From: Candidatus Calditenuaceae archaeon HR02
GTDB taxonomy: Archaea; Thermoproteota; Nitrososphaeria_A; Caldarchaeales; Calditenuaceae
Reading direction: 5' to 3'
DNA length: 26,415 bases
Assembly (NCBI GenBank): GCA_002898395.1
Contig: BEHE01000020.1
Coordinates: 1 to 26,415 of the forward strand
Both the position numbers and the translations under genes were made by a program. Positions 9,262 through 18,420 of this stretch are shown here, one piece after another. Position 1 is the stretch's first letter, and every line of letters starts with the position of its first letter. A model generated the notes under the pieces. It was not told the origin of the DNA. It made no database searches and saw only the letters and a program-made list of their open reading frames with translations.

Positions 9262-9305
9262 ATTATAAATAAACGTTAACGGATCAGTGCATAAACGTGA
9301 ATATC
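9262..9305. promoter_or_regulatory. Divergent promoter region between the Mo-enzyme and pok, with an ATAAACGT direct repeat
   Basis: TATA-like ATTATAAAT (9262-9270); ATAAACGT at 9269-9276 and 9291-9298; palindrome CGTTAACG at 9274-9281. Confidence 0.45.
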
Positions 9306-9328
9306 TCCCCACAATCCCTAGCTATGGA

Positions 9329-10231
9329 GTGAGACATACTGCAGGATTCACTAGCAACAGAGATGGCGTTGCGTTTGAGGTTCCCCTCCACTTGACAGGC
9401 TTTTTCTACCCCGTTTACAGGGAGAGCTGGGAGCTGACAGGCTCCCTCGGCGCGGGCTTGGTCATTCGCCCGGGATTGAGATGTGTTGTAGGTAGGGGTG
9501 AGGGGCTGACGTTCGCAGCCGAGCCTATTAGCTGGGGGCCGGCTCTCGAGATCTATAACGAGCTGGGAAAAGGCTTCTCGGTTCATTTGAGTGGAAACTG
9601 CCTCCCAGGGGCAGGTTATGCCTTCAGCGCCGCCTCTAGCTTGGCGGTAGCTGCCTGCTACGCGTTGGCCGGAAAGATCAGTCTGAGTGAAGCGGCAATG
9701 AGAGCCCATATATCCGAGGTAAGGTGTAGAACTGGGCTAGGAGATGTTCTTGCAATTTGGGGCGGGGAGGGGCTTGCCTTAAGGAAGAGGCCAGGGGGAC
9801 CCGGGGTTGGCGAGGTGGAGAACATCCGGATAAGGGACAAGATAGCGATAGTGACCTCGGAGCTCGGGAGACTGGCCACGGAGAGCCTGCTCACAACGCA
9901 TCACGAAAAGATAATGGAGGCTGGAGACTGGTCCTATAGAGAATTTCTTAAAAACCCGAGCCTAGCGAATTTCCTCGAACTCTCGAACAGATTTTCGAGG
10001 GAGCTGGGGCTAATTGATAGGAGCATTGAAGAGATTGTCAGGCCGGTCTCCTCAAGGCTTTTGGGATGGTATGTGAAGAAGAGGGTTCTGGTCTTGGTTG
10101 TCGAGGAGGCTGAGGCTAGAGAAGTTGCCGTAAATATAGGGGCTTCACTATCCATAGTTAGGGTTTTCAAGCCGGGTGAGGGTGAGTGGAGGAGATACCT
10201 CGAGACCATCCTAGATACGTGTCCCTCATGA
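9329..10231 (+). CDS. pok: Pantoate kinase (GHMP kinase family, archaeal)
   Basis: VPLHLTGFF, GSLGAG, PGAGYAFSAA (GHMP ATP loop), AHISEV...TGLGDV, GG..LR..PGGPG; adjacent to PPS. Start uncertain (GTG 9329 preferred over 9287). Confidence 0.92.
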   Translation: MRHTAGFTSNRDGVAFEVPLHLTGFFYPVYRESWELTGSLGAGLVIRPGLRCVVGRGEGLTFAAEPISWGPALEIYNELGKGFSVHLSGNCLPGAGYAFSAASSLAVAACYALAGKISLSEAAMRAHISEVRCRTGLGDVLAIWGGEGLALRKRPGGPGVGEVENIRIRDKIAIVTSELGRLATESLLTTHHEKIMEAGDWSYREFLKNPSLANFLELSNRFSRELGLIDRSIEEIVRPVSSRLLGWYVKKRVLVLVVEEAEAREVAVNIGASLSIVRVFKPGEGEWRRYLETILDTCPS

Positions 10232-10953
10232 TCAGGGGGAGGATTGTGAAGGGGTTTGAGGAGGGGATAGTTGTTCCGCAGGGGTTGTTGGCCCATGGGA
10301 GGGGCGAGGCGCTTGACTACATCTTGGGCGAGGAGACTCACCCCCCAGCCCTAGAAGCCACTAGGGCAGCGGCGGCGCTACTACTCCTGTCGAAGCACCC
10401 CGTAATCTCCGTCAACGGGAACACGGCAGCACTTATCCCAGACGAGATAGTCAAGCTCGCAAAAATCCTGAATGCGAGAATAGAGGTCAACCTATTCCAT
10501 CGTTCGCCGGACAGGGTCAGGAAAATAAAGGAATTCCTCCAGAGCAAGGGCGCGGAGAATGTGCTAGGCGATTCTGATCTCGTGGAAATCCCCGGCCTCA
10601 GCAGCCAGAGGAGATTCGTCTCGAGGGGTGGGATATACTCTGCGGACACCGTGCTTGTGCCATTGGAGGACGGGGACAGAACCGAAAAGCTAGTTGCCCT
10701 TGGAAAGAGGGTTGTGGCCATTGACCTTAACCCGTTTTCCCGGACATCAAAGGTAGCAACGATCTCGATAGTTGATAACGTGGTGAGGGCTATGCCAAAC
10801 CTCTGCAGGGCTGCCGAAGAGTTGAAGAATCATACAGCAGCAGAGCTGGAAGGAATCTTCCGCTCTTTCAACAATGAGGAGAACCTTAGACGCATGATAG
10901 AACTCATATTGAGGCGTCTATCACGCCTATCAGGGCTGGAGGAGCTGCCATGA
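10186..10953 (+). CDS. pps: 4-phosphopantoate--beta-alanine ligase (phosphopantothenate synthetase)
   Basis: IPRDHPRYVSL, AHGRGEALDYILGE, PVISVNGN, EVNLFHR, VPLEDGDRTE, IDLNPFSRT. Confidence 0.96.
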   Translation: MEEIPRDHPRYVSLMIRGRIVKGFEEGIVVPQGLLAHGRGEALDYILGEETHPPALEATRAAAALLLLSKHPVISVNGNTAALIPDEIVKLAKILNARIEVNLFHRSPDRVRKIKEFLQSKGAENVLGDSDLVEIPGLSSQRRFVSRGGIYSADTVLVPLEDGDRTEKLVALGKRVVAIDLNPFSRTSKVATISIVDNVVRAMPNLCRAAEELKNHTAAELEGIFRSFNNEENLRRMIELILRRLSRLSGLEELP

Positions 10954-11801
10954 GCGAAAAACTAACTGCAAAAGACATAATCCAGCTGAAGAAGAAGGGA
11001 AGAAAAATAGTTATGATTACGGCGTATGACTATGCTTTCGCCCGGCTCGTAGACCAAGTCGGTGTGGACATCGTGCTTGTGGGCGACTCAGCCTCCATGG
11101 TCATGATGGGGTATAAGGACACACGATTCGTGACACTCAGAGACATGATAACTTTTTGCAAGGCGGTGTCACGAGGTGTTGAGAAGGCACTAGTGGTGGG
11201 GGACATGCCTTTCATGTCGTTTCAAGTATCAAGAGAAGAGGCTGTCAGAAATGCTGGCCGCCTTGTTAAAGAGGGGATGGTTGACGCAGTTAAGCTTGAA
11301 GGTGGGGTAGAATACGCGGAGGTTGTCAGGGCCATTGTTAATGCAGGTATACCGGTGATGGGGCATATTGGCTTAACCCCGCAGAGCGCGGCCTCGACCA
11401 CCGGTTACAGACTGACAGCAAAAGATGTAGAGGACGCTCTCAAAATAGTCGAGGACGCTAAAGCCCTAGAGGAGGCCGGCGCCTTTTCAATAGTCGCCGA
11501 ATATGTAACAGCCGAGGTTGCAGAATACATCGCTAAACAGCTCAAGATACCGGTAATAGGAATAGGCTCCGGACCCGGCTGCGACGGCCAAGTGTTAGTG
11601 CTCCACGACATCTTAGGTCTCTACGACAAGTCACCACCCTTCTCTAAGAGATATATTGACCTAGCGTCGATAGTGAGGGACGCTGTCTCAAGATATAAGT
11701 CAGAGGTTCTTGAAGGCGCGTTCCCATCAGAGGAACATACGAGACACATGAAGAAAGAGGCGCTAGAGGAATTTCTCAGCAAAGTAAGAAGGCAGGGATG
11801 A
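10950..11801 (+). CDS. panB: 3-methyl-2-oxobutanoate hydroxymethyltransferase
   Basis: MITAYDY, LVGDS, GDMPFMS, VKLEGG, GHIGLTPQ, IGIGSGPGCDGQVLV; ATGA overlap with pps. Confidence 0.98.
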   Translation: MSEKLTAKDIIQLKKKGRKIVMITAYDYAFARLVDQVGVDIVLVGDSASMVMMGYKDTRFVTLRDMITFCKAVSRGVEKALVVGDMPFMSFQVSREEAVRNAGRLVKEGMVDAVKLEGGVEYAEVVRAIVNAGIPVMGHIGLTPQSAASTTGYRLTAKDVEDALKIVEDAKALEEAGAFSIVAEYVTAEVAEYIAKQLKIPVIGIGSGPGCDGQVLVLHDILGLYDKSPPFSKRYIDLASIVRDAVSRYKSEVLEGAFPSEEHTRHMKKEALEEFLSKVRRQG

Positions 11802-12727
11802 GGATACTGGTCGTGGGTGCAGGCGCCCTAGGGATTTTGTTTGCCGGAGTGATGAGCCGCCACGGTGGGGATGTCACGATCCTGACGCGGAGGCGAGAAG
11901 CAGCGGAAGCTATTAGCTCGAATGGTGTAATCATCAATGAGGGAAAGTCTTCTTGGAGGGCTTGGCCCAACTGCACAACAGATCCGCGAACGGCTTCTAG
12001 CACCGATCTTTGCCTGATATGTGTAAAGTCATACGATACAGAGACTGTTGCGCGGATGGTCTCACCCTATTTAAATGAGCGGTGCATTATAGCCACAGTC
12101 CAGAATGGGCTTAACAACGTGGAGCGACTCGCCGAGGCATTTGGCCCTGAGAGGGTGGTTGCAGGCTACACGTTGCAGGCCTCCACACTTACAGGATTGA
12201 ACAGCGTCTATCATGCTTATGATGGTGAAACCGTGTTAGGCCGCCACCCATCCACCACAACACCAGTAGAAAAGATAGGACGAGTGGCCGACGAGTTGAC
12301 GAGAATGGGTTTGAAGACCTCAGCGGTAGAGAACGTCTACCCTGAGGTACTGACTAAATTGATTATCAACTCGGTGATAAACCCCCTGACGGCGCTACTT
12401 GGTGTGAGGAATGGTGAGCTACTAGAGGTGCAGGAGCTGTCGTGGGTGATTGATAGGCTGGTGGAGGAGGGGGTGGAGGCCTGCTACCTACTAGGAGCCA
12501 AGCTATCACCGGGGCAGGTTAAAAGTAGGGTATATGAGGCAATCAAAGCCACGTACGAGAACAAGTCCTCCATGCTACAGGACATTGAGAGGGGTAGGAG
12601 GACTGAGATAGAGTTCATCAATGGCGCATTGGCGCGAATACTACGTGCAGCAGGGAGGCCTGCCCCCACCAATACATTATTGACTCAGCTGGTCCTCGCT
12701 GCCGAGAGGAAGGGGCGTCGCTCATGA
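11798..12727 (+). CDS. panE: 2-dehydropantoate 2-reductase
   Basis: GAGALG Rossmann motif, VKSYD, QNGL, KLIINSVINPLTALL, NKSSMLQD...RRTEIEFING. Confidence 0.96.
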   Translation: MRILVVGAGALGILFAGVMSRHGGDVTILTRRREAAEAISSNGVIINEGKSSWRAWPNCTTDPRTASSTDLCLICVKSYDTETVARMVSPYLNERCIIATVQNGLNNVERLAEAFGPERVVAGYTLQASTLTGLNSVYHAYDGETVLGRHPSTTTPVEKIGRVADELTRMGLKTSAVENVYPEVLTKLIINSVINPLTALLGVRNGELLEVQELSWVIDRLVEEGVEACYLLGAKLSPGQVKSRVYEAIKATYENKSSMLQDIERGRRTEIEFINGALARILRAAGRPAPTNTLLTQLVLAAERKGRRS

Positions 12728-13722
12728 TAGAGGAGTTAGATAGGAAGGCGTTAGAGGAGCTCGGAGAGGATTGGATAATATCCATGATTCTGAAATCGCT
12801 TAAGCCGATTGAGAAGGGGCGGCTACAAATCGGAGATGACGCGGTGGAGTTAAGCATCAACGGGCAAATAGTAGTCTCGGGAGACATGCTCGTGGCTTCG
12901 ACGGATGTTCCTCCAGGCATGACACACTATCAGATAGGTTCAAAAGCCGTGGTGAGTGTTGTCAGCGACTTCGCAGCAAAGGCTGCGCAGCCCCTCTTCT
13001 TCGTCATCGAGCTGGGACTTCCGAAGGAAATGCGCGGGAATGAGTTTCTCGAGCTCTGGTCTGGGATACTTGAGGCTGGGCGAGCCTATGGCGGGGAGGT
13101 GGTAGCTGGAGACACAAACCAGGCCCGTGAAATTTTAGTGGGCGTGGTGGGGATAGGATATTCCGAGGCTCCTATACCTAGGAGGGGGGCGCGGCCGGGC
13201 GACATACTTGCAGTCACAGGCGAGTTCGGCAAGACATACACCGGCCTACACGCCGCATTTAACTCGAATACTGAAGAGAAGTGGAGGCCCCTCCTCGACG
13301 CTGTCTTTAATCCTAAACCAAGAATCAGGGAGGGATTGGCTATAGGGAAAGCCAAGCTTGCCACGGCCTCTATAGACTCCAGCGACGGCTTGGAGGCCTG
13401 TCTCTTCGAGCTCTCACAGTGGAGTGGGGTGGGCTTCAGGGTGACAGATCCGCCCATAGATCCTTTAGCCGCAGAATATGCTGCCGCCTACAGCCTCGAC
13501 ATTTTTGAGGCTATTTTCAGGGGTGGGGAGGAATATGAGCTCGTGCTGACAATCCCTAGGGATAGTTTCGATGACGCCTTGGCCGTCCTAAGAGGGCTGG
13601 GTTGTAGGCTTATCCCCATAGGCGAGGCGACGCGAGAGAAATCTATCGTGGCGTGGCTGGAGGGAAAACGCTACGAGCTCAGCGGTAGGGGTTGGAGACA
13701 CTTCAGCAGTCGCCGTATATGA
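12724..13722 (+). CDS. thiL: Thiamine-monophosphate kinase
   Basis: IGDDA, DMLV, SDFAA, GDT, RRGARPGD, DSSDGL, GGEEYEL. Confidence 0.94.
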   Translation: MIEELDRKALEELGEDWIISMILKSLKPIEKGRLQIGDDAVELSINGQIVVSGDMLVASTDVPPGMTHYQIGSKAVVSVVSDFAAKAAQPLFFVIELGLPKEMRGNEFLELWSGILEAGRAYGGEVVAGDTNQAREILVGVVGIGYSEAPIPRRGARPGDILAVTGEFGKTYTGLHAAFNSNTEEKWRPLLDAVFNPKPRIREGLAIGKAKLATASIDSSDGLEACLFELSQWSGVGFRVTDPPIDPLAAEYAAAYSLDIFEAIFRGGEEYELVLTIPRDSFDDALAVLRGLGCRLIPIGEATREKSIVAWLEGKRYELSGRGWRHFSSRRI

Positions 13723-13794
13723 GATAGCCAAGGTGGGCCCAATTAGGTAGCTCTGCTCAAGATATATGAGCAACGTCTTACTGCAATATGGAGG

Positions 13795-16689
13795 GTGCCA
13801 ACCCGCTCAGCAGTAGCATATGAGGAGAAATGGGCTAAGAAGCTTTATGAGGATAGGGTCTTCGAGGCGGACCCGGACCCCAGTAGGCCCAAAGTCTTCG
13901 TCACATTCCCATACTCCTACCAGAACGGGCCCCTCCACGTCGGCCACGGGTTCACCGCTACGAGAGTTGACATGTATGCTCGATACATGCGGATGAAGGG
14001 CTACAACGTCCTCTTCCCATGGGCTTGGCACTGGACCGGCGAGGCAGTTGCAGGGACTGCTGAGAGGCTTAGACGCGGCGACCCAACAGTCTTGAAAATG
14101 CTCAGGGAGATTGACAAAGTCCCTGAGGACCTACTCCCAAGATTCACAGACCCTGCTTTCGTCAGCAGATATTACACCGAAGAGAATAGGGAGACGGTTA
14201 AGATGATGGGGTTCTCCATCGACTGGAGGAGGGAATTCTACACCTCAGACCTACACCCCTACTACAGCAGGTTCGTTGAGTGGCAGTATAGGACACTCTA
14301 CGAGCTGGGCAGGCTTAGGACGGGCTCGCACCCAGTGGTATGGTGTCCGGTCTGTGAGAGCCCAACAGGTGACCACGACAGGCTTGCGGGTGAGGGAGTG
14401 TCTCCCGTCGAGTTCACGCTAGTCTTCTTCAAACTTGAGGGCGAGGGGGCTTATCTGGCCGCATCCACCCTCCGCCCGGAGACAATCTTCGGGGCGACTA
14501 ATGTCTGGGTAAAGCCTGAGGCCGAGTACGTTGAGGTTGTTCTCTCAGGTGTGCGGGTTATTGTGAGTCGCGAGGCTGTAGGCAAGCTGAGGGAGCAGCA
14601 TAAGGGTGTGATCGATATTGGGAGACCCATGAGTGGGCAGACGCTGATTGGCAGATACTGCATCGCCCCTATAACGGGCAAAAGGCTGATCATACTGCCG
14701 GCAGATTTTGTTGACCCCAACCTTGGCACAGGAGTCGTTTACAGTGTGCCAAGCCACGCACCCTATGACTATGCTGGGCTGAAAGAGTTGAGGATGAAGC
14801 CACAGAGGCTCGAGGAATATGGAATAGACTCCGCAATACTAGAGAGCCTCCTACCCATCAGCATTATCTCAACACCAGGTCTATCTCCCCATCCCGCTGT
14901 TGAAATTGTTGATAAGGCAGGGGTAACAACTTCGACAGATCCTAGACTAGAGGATTTTACACAAGATATTTATTCCAAAGAATTCTATGGGGGCGAGCTC
15001 AACGAGCTTTGCGGCGAATATAAAGGTTTGCCGGTGCGGGAGGCACGCGACGCGGTCAAGTCTCGCCTCATCGCTGAGAAGCTAGCCACGATCATGTATG
15101 AGCTGCCACAGCCGGTGGTCTGCAGGAGTGGGGATAGATGCATAGTCAAGGTCGTGGAGGATCAGTGGTTCGTCACCTATGGCGACGAGGACTGGAAAGA
15201 GCAGGTGAGAAAACACATCAACGATATGGAAATTTATCCGGAGGGGGCTAGGCAGTGGTTCTTGAACGTAGTAGACTGGCTTAAAGACTGGCCATGCACA
15301 CGTAAGACAGGGCTTGGGACCAGGTTCCCGTTTGATGATTCATGGATCGTTGAGACTCTTAGCGACTCAACCATATACCAGGCGCTATACACAATAAGTA
15401 AATACGTGAACACAGGCCTAGTGAAGCCCGAACAGCTGAGGCGCGAGTTATTCGACTACGTTTTTAGGGGCAAGGGTGTGAGGGGGGAGGTGTCGAGGCA
15501 GACAGGCGTCAAACCCGAGCTGCTAGACGCAATGAAGAGGGAGTTTGACTACTGGTACCCTGTCAACCTCAGAGTGTCCGCCAAGGAACTACTCCCCAAC
15601 CACCTCACCTTCTACATCTTCCAGCATGTTGCCATCTTCCCTCCCGACAAGTGGCCGCGTGCAGTAGGCGTCAACGGAATGGTCAGGATTGAGGGAGAGG
15701 AGATGCATAAAAGTCGAGGCGTATTCGTATCACTGAAAGAGGCTATATCTCGTGTAGGCGCCGATGCAACGAGGCTTGCCATCATACTCTCGGCCGAGGA
15801 TATGGACGATCCAGACTGGAAGTGGAAGAGCGCAGAGAGTGTTAGGAGATTCCTAGACAACTTCCTTAGAATTGTCGGCGAGTATCGCTCATCCAGTATA
15901 GATGATGCATGGTTGGAGGCTGATGGCTGGGCCCTGGCGAGGCTTAAACAGGTGGTCGAAGAGGTGGAACAGAGCCTCAGAGTGCTGAAGACCCGTACAG
16001 CCGCCTCTAAAATCCTCTATGATATGGACAATCTGTGGCGGAAATACTTGAGGAGAAGGGGAGACCGAATGGGACCGGCCGCCAAGACGTTGATGGAGTC
16101 TTGGATAAAGATGCTCTCCATAGCAGCCCCATTCACCGCAGAAGAGGCTTGGAGCCTGATCGGGCACCAAGGATATGTATCTCTCTCAAGATGGCCTAGC
16201 ATAGAGCAAACAAACAAAGAACTGCTCCTCAGGGACGAGGTCCTAGACAGCATCATAGAAGACGTCAAGAGCATAGTACAGTCAACGGGAAAGAGACCGT
16301 CAAGAATCTACATATACGTCGCCAAAAAATCTATGATCCCCCTAGTCAAAAAAATAGCTGAGAACTGGGGATCAATAGCACAACGAGGATACAATAGTAT
16401 AATAAGTGAGATAGTTAAGATCGATTACATAGAAAAAAGCAAACTGCCCATAATAGCTAAGCGACTGTTCGAGATGATGCAGAGATATATTCAGCGATAC
16501 AACGTCGAGACCATCATAAGTGTCGCGGACCAAGAATTTACCCTATACCAGGAAAATCGCGAGTATCTCGAAAACGAGTGTGGAGGCCCAATATGTGTTG
16601 TGGGGGCTGAAGAAGCAGTGCATGACCCTATGGGAAAGGCGGCGACCTCCGTGCCTCTTCGCCCCGGCATATACACAGAGCTAGCGTGA
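13795..16689 (+). CDS. leuS: Leucine--tRNA ligase (archaeal/eukaryal type)
   Basis: FPYSYQNGPLHVGH (HIGH), CP1 editing motifs TLRPETIFG and GTGVVYSVPSHAPYD, LSDSTIY, KELLPNHL; the KMSKS motif reads EMHKS. SD GGAGG precedes the GTG start. Confidence 0.97.
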   Translation: MPTRSAVAYEEKWAKKLYEDRVFEADPDPSRPKVFVTFPYSYQNGPLHVGHGFTATRVDMYARYMRMKGYNVLFPWAWHWTGEAVAGTAERLRRGDPTVLKMLREIDKVPEDLLPRFTDPAFVSRYYTEENRETVKMMGFSIDWRREFYTSDLHPYYSRFVEWQYRTLYELGRLRTGSHPVVWCPVCESPTGDHDRLAGEGVSPVEFTLVFFKLEGEGAYLAASTLRPETIFGATNVWVKPEAEYVEVVLSGVRVIVSREAVGKLREQHKGVIDIGRPMSGQTLIGRYCIAPITGKRLIILPADFVDPNLGTGVVYSVPSHAPYDYAGLKELRMKPQRLEEYGIDSAILESLLPISIISTPGLSPHPAVEIVDKAGVTTSTDPRLEDFTQDIYSKEFYGGELNELCGEYKGLPVREARDAVKSRLIAEKLATIMYELPQPVVCRSGDRCIVKVVEDQWFVTYGDEDWKEQVRKHINDMEIYPEGARQWFLNVVDWLKDWPCTRKTGLGTRFPFDDSWIVETLSDSTIYQALYTISKYVNTGLVKPEQLRRELFDYVFRGKGVRGEVSRQTGVKPELLDAMKREFDYWYPVNLRVSAKELLPNHLTFYIFQHVAIFPPDKWPRAVGVNGMVRIEGEEMHKSRGVFVSLKEAISRVGADATRLAIILSAEDMDDPDWKWKSAESVRRFLDNFLRIVGEYRSSSIDDAWLEADGWALARLKQVVEEVEQSLRVLKTRTAASKILYDMDNLWRKYLRRRGDRMGPAAKTLMESWIKMLSIAAPFTAEEAWSLIGHQGYVSLSRWPSIEQTNKELLLRDEVLDSIIEDVKSIVQSTGKRPSRIYIYVAKKSMIPLVKKIAENWGSIAQRGYNSIISEIVKIDYIEKSKLPIIAKRLFEMMQRYIQRYNVETIISVADQEFTLYQENREYLENECGGPICVVGAEEAVHDPMGKAATSVPLRPGIYTELA

Positions 16690-16744
16690 GCTAGTTAGCC
16701 CTCAAGAGAATAATTTTAAATCGTGAGAAAAATATATTTCCTTC

Positions 16745-18133
16745 ATGATTCGAGGCAAAGTTCTCGCATGGACTATAGGCTTGATACTCATTTACATACT
16801 CTTCAGCCTTACAGGCATATTTACAAATAGTCAAGTCGTGTCGATAACAGTCTTTCTCGGAATAATTTTGAGCATCCTCTTATTCTGGAGGCTGAGGGTA
16901 GCATTCGCATTTATTGGCATTTTTGTATTACTCGTTGCGGGGCTAATAGATGTCCCCCACCTAGTCGAGTTTGCAGGATTGGACATAGTTATATTCCTGA
17001 TCGGCATGATGATCGTTGTTGGTTTTCTTGAGGAGAGACATTTTTTCGAATATATACTCAATCGCTTAGTGGGAATTGGGCAGAAACCCCTCACATTAAT
17101 GGCCCTGTTAATGGGGTTGGCGGCACTCTCTGCCGCTCTTGTGGATGAAGTAACATCAATTCTATTCATGACGTCTTTGGTTTTACGCTTGGCAAGCCGC
17201 CTAGCGATTCCGTTTCTACCATTATTGGTACTTGCTATATTCGCCACCAACATTGGGAGTAGCGCTACTGTGGTGGGCAACCCTGTCGGCGTAATGATAG
17301 CGCTTCGGGCTGGATTAAGCTTTACAGAATTCCTCAGATGGGCGGCACCAATCTCGCTAACCACCCTTACAGTAACGATGATTATCGGATATCTTTACTA
17401 TAGAAAATACTTCCACCTCATGGGTCAGAAGATCAGTGAATATAGGCTTGTTGCGGCAAGTCTACAACCAGATAATGGAAGGGCCGATAAATTAGATAAG
17501 AAGGCAGGACTCCTTTTTGCGTTCACGATCTCACTACTTATTTTCCACACCTCGATAGAGAATGCCCTCTCTCTCGAGAAAAATACAATGCTTGTTGCAG
17601 CGCCTCTGCTAGGAGCAGCCATAGCACTCTTCCTTCAAAGGGAGCATGCAAGAGAGCTTTTTGAGAAACGGGTTGACTGGTGGACCCTAACTTTCTTCCT
17701 AATGTTCTTCGCCACAGTAGGGACTCTGAAGTATGTAGGTGTCACCGGTATATTTGCCTCGCTATTCGTATCGGCAGTTGGTGGTGACATAGTACTCGCC
17801 ATCTGGTTCCTAGGGTACGTGGCTGGGTTCATGTCAGCGTTTATGGATAACATACTTGCTGTAGCGGTCTGGATTCCAATCATCCAGGAGCTTGGACATG
17901 CTGGTGTCCAGATATATCCGCTTTGGTGGGCACTACTCTTTGCAGGTACGCTGATGGGGAACCTGACAATAATTGGAAGTACTGCAAACATTGTTGCTAT
18001 AGGTATGGTTGAGAGGCAGAAGCTTGGGCATGTGACCCTAAAGGAGTGGATTAAGATTGGCGCATTAGTCAGCTTAATTACAATTTCACTGGCCTTGCTC
18101 CTGGTGTATCTTCAGCTTCCTCTCATGACCTAG
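16745..18133 (+). CDS. ArsB/NhaD/SLC13 (IT superfamily) permease
   Basis: About 12 hydrophobic segments; SAALVDEVTSILF, NIGSSATVVGNP, SAFMDNILAV, GNLTIIGSTANIVA repeat motifs. TATA-like TTTTAAAT upstream. Confidence 0.88.
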   Translation: MIRGKVLAWTIGLILIYILFSLTGIFTNSQVVSITVFLGIILSILLFWRLRVAFAFIGIFVLLVAGLIDVPHLVEFAGLDIVIFLIGMMIVVGFLEERHFFEYILNRLVGIGQKPLTLMALLMGLAALSAALVDEVTSILFMTSLVLRLASRLAIPFLPLLVLAIFATNIGSSATVVGNPVGVMIALRAGLSFTEFLRWAAPISLTTLTVTMIIGYLYYRKYFHLMGQKISEYRLVAASLQPDNGRADKLDKKAGLLFAFTISLLIFHTSIENALSLEKNTMLVAAPLLGAAIALFLQREHARELFEKRVDWWTLTFFLMFFATVGTLKYVGVTGIFASLFVSAVGGDIVLAIWFLGYVAGFMSAFMDNILAVAVWIPIIQELGHAGVQIYPLWWALLFAGTLMGNLTIIGSTANIVAIGMVERQKLGHVTLKEWIKIGALVSLITISLALLLVYLQLPLMT

Positions 18134-18348
18134 TCGGTAGCCGGCTTAGACACTATGTACATATCGTGTCCACGCCGCTCAACCCATATCTCGTGGTTGA
18201 TTCCGAGAAGCAATTCGCAGATCTTACTCCAAGGGAGTCTAGCCCCATTGACTATTTTAATGGCGTATCCCCCGTACTCCTCTACCACCTCACCCCACCC
18301 ATCCACAAGCCTCCTCAACTCGTCAAGGACGTCAACTGCTCGTTCCAA
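18130..18348 (-). CDS. Small hypothetical protein (72 aa)
   Basis: TTG start preceded by SD GGTGAG and an upstream TTTTAATT box; protein-like alpha/beta pattern; convergent 4-nt stop overlap with the permease. Confidence 0.65.
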   Translation of the reverse strand: MERAVDVLDELRRLVDGWGEVVEEYGGYAIKIVNGARLPWSKICELLLGINHEIWVERRGHDMYIVSKPATD

Positions 18349-18420
18349 ACCTACTCACCATCCAAGAGGCCCGGCTACATTATCGAATTAAAACCTTCAG
18401 CCTTAAAAATGCAAATAATA

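Noticed and set aside
16200-16560. A-rich compositional shift in the 3' part of leuS suggesting an insertion
   Set aside because: The frame is uninterrupted and matches the variable Lys/Ile-rich C-terminal domain of archaeal LeuRS; no intein or boundary motifs.
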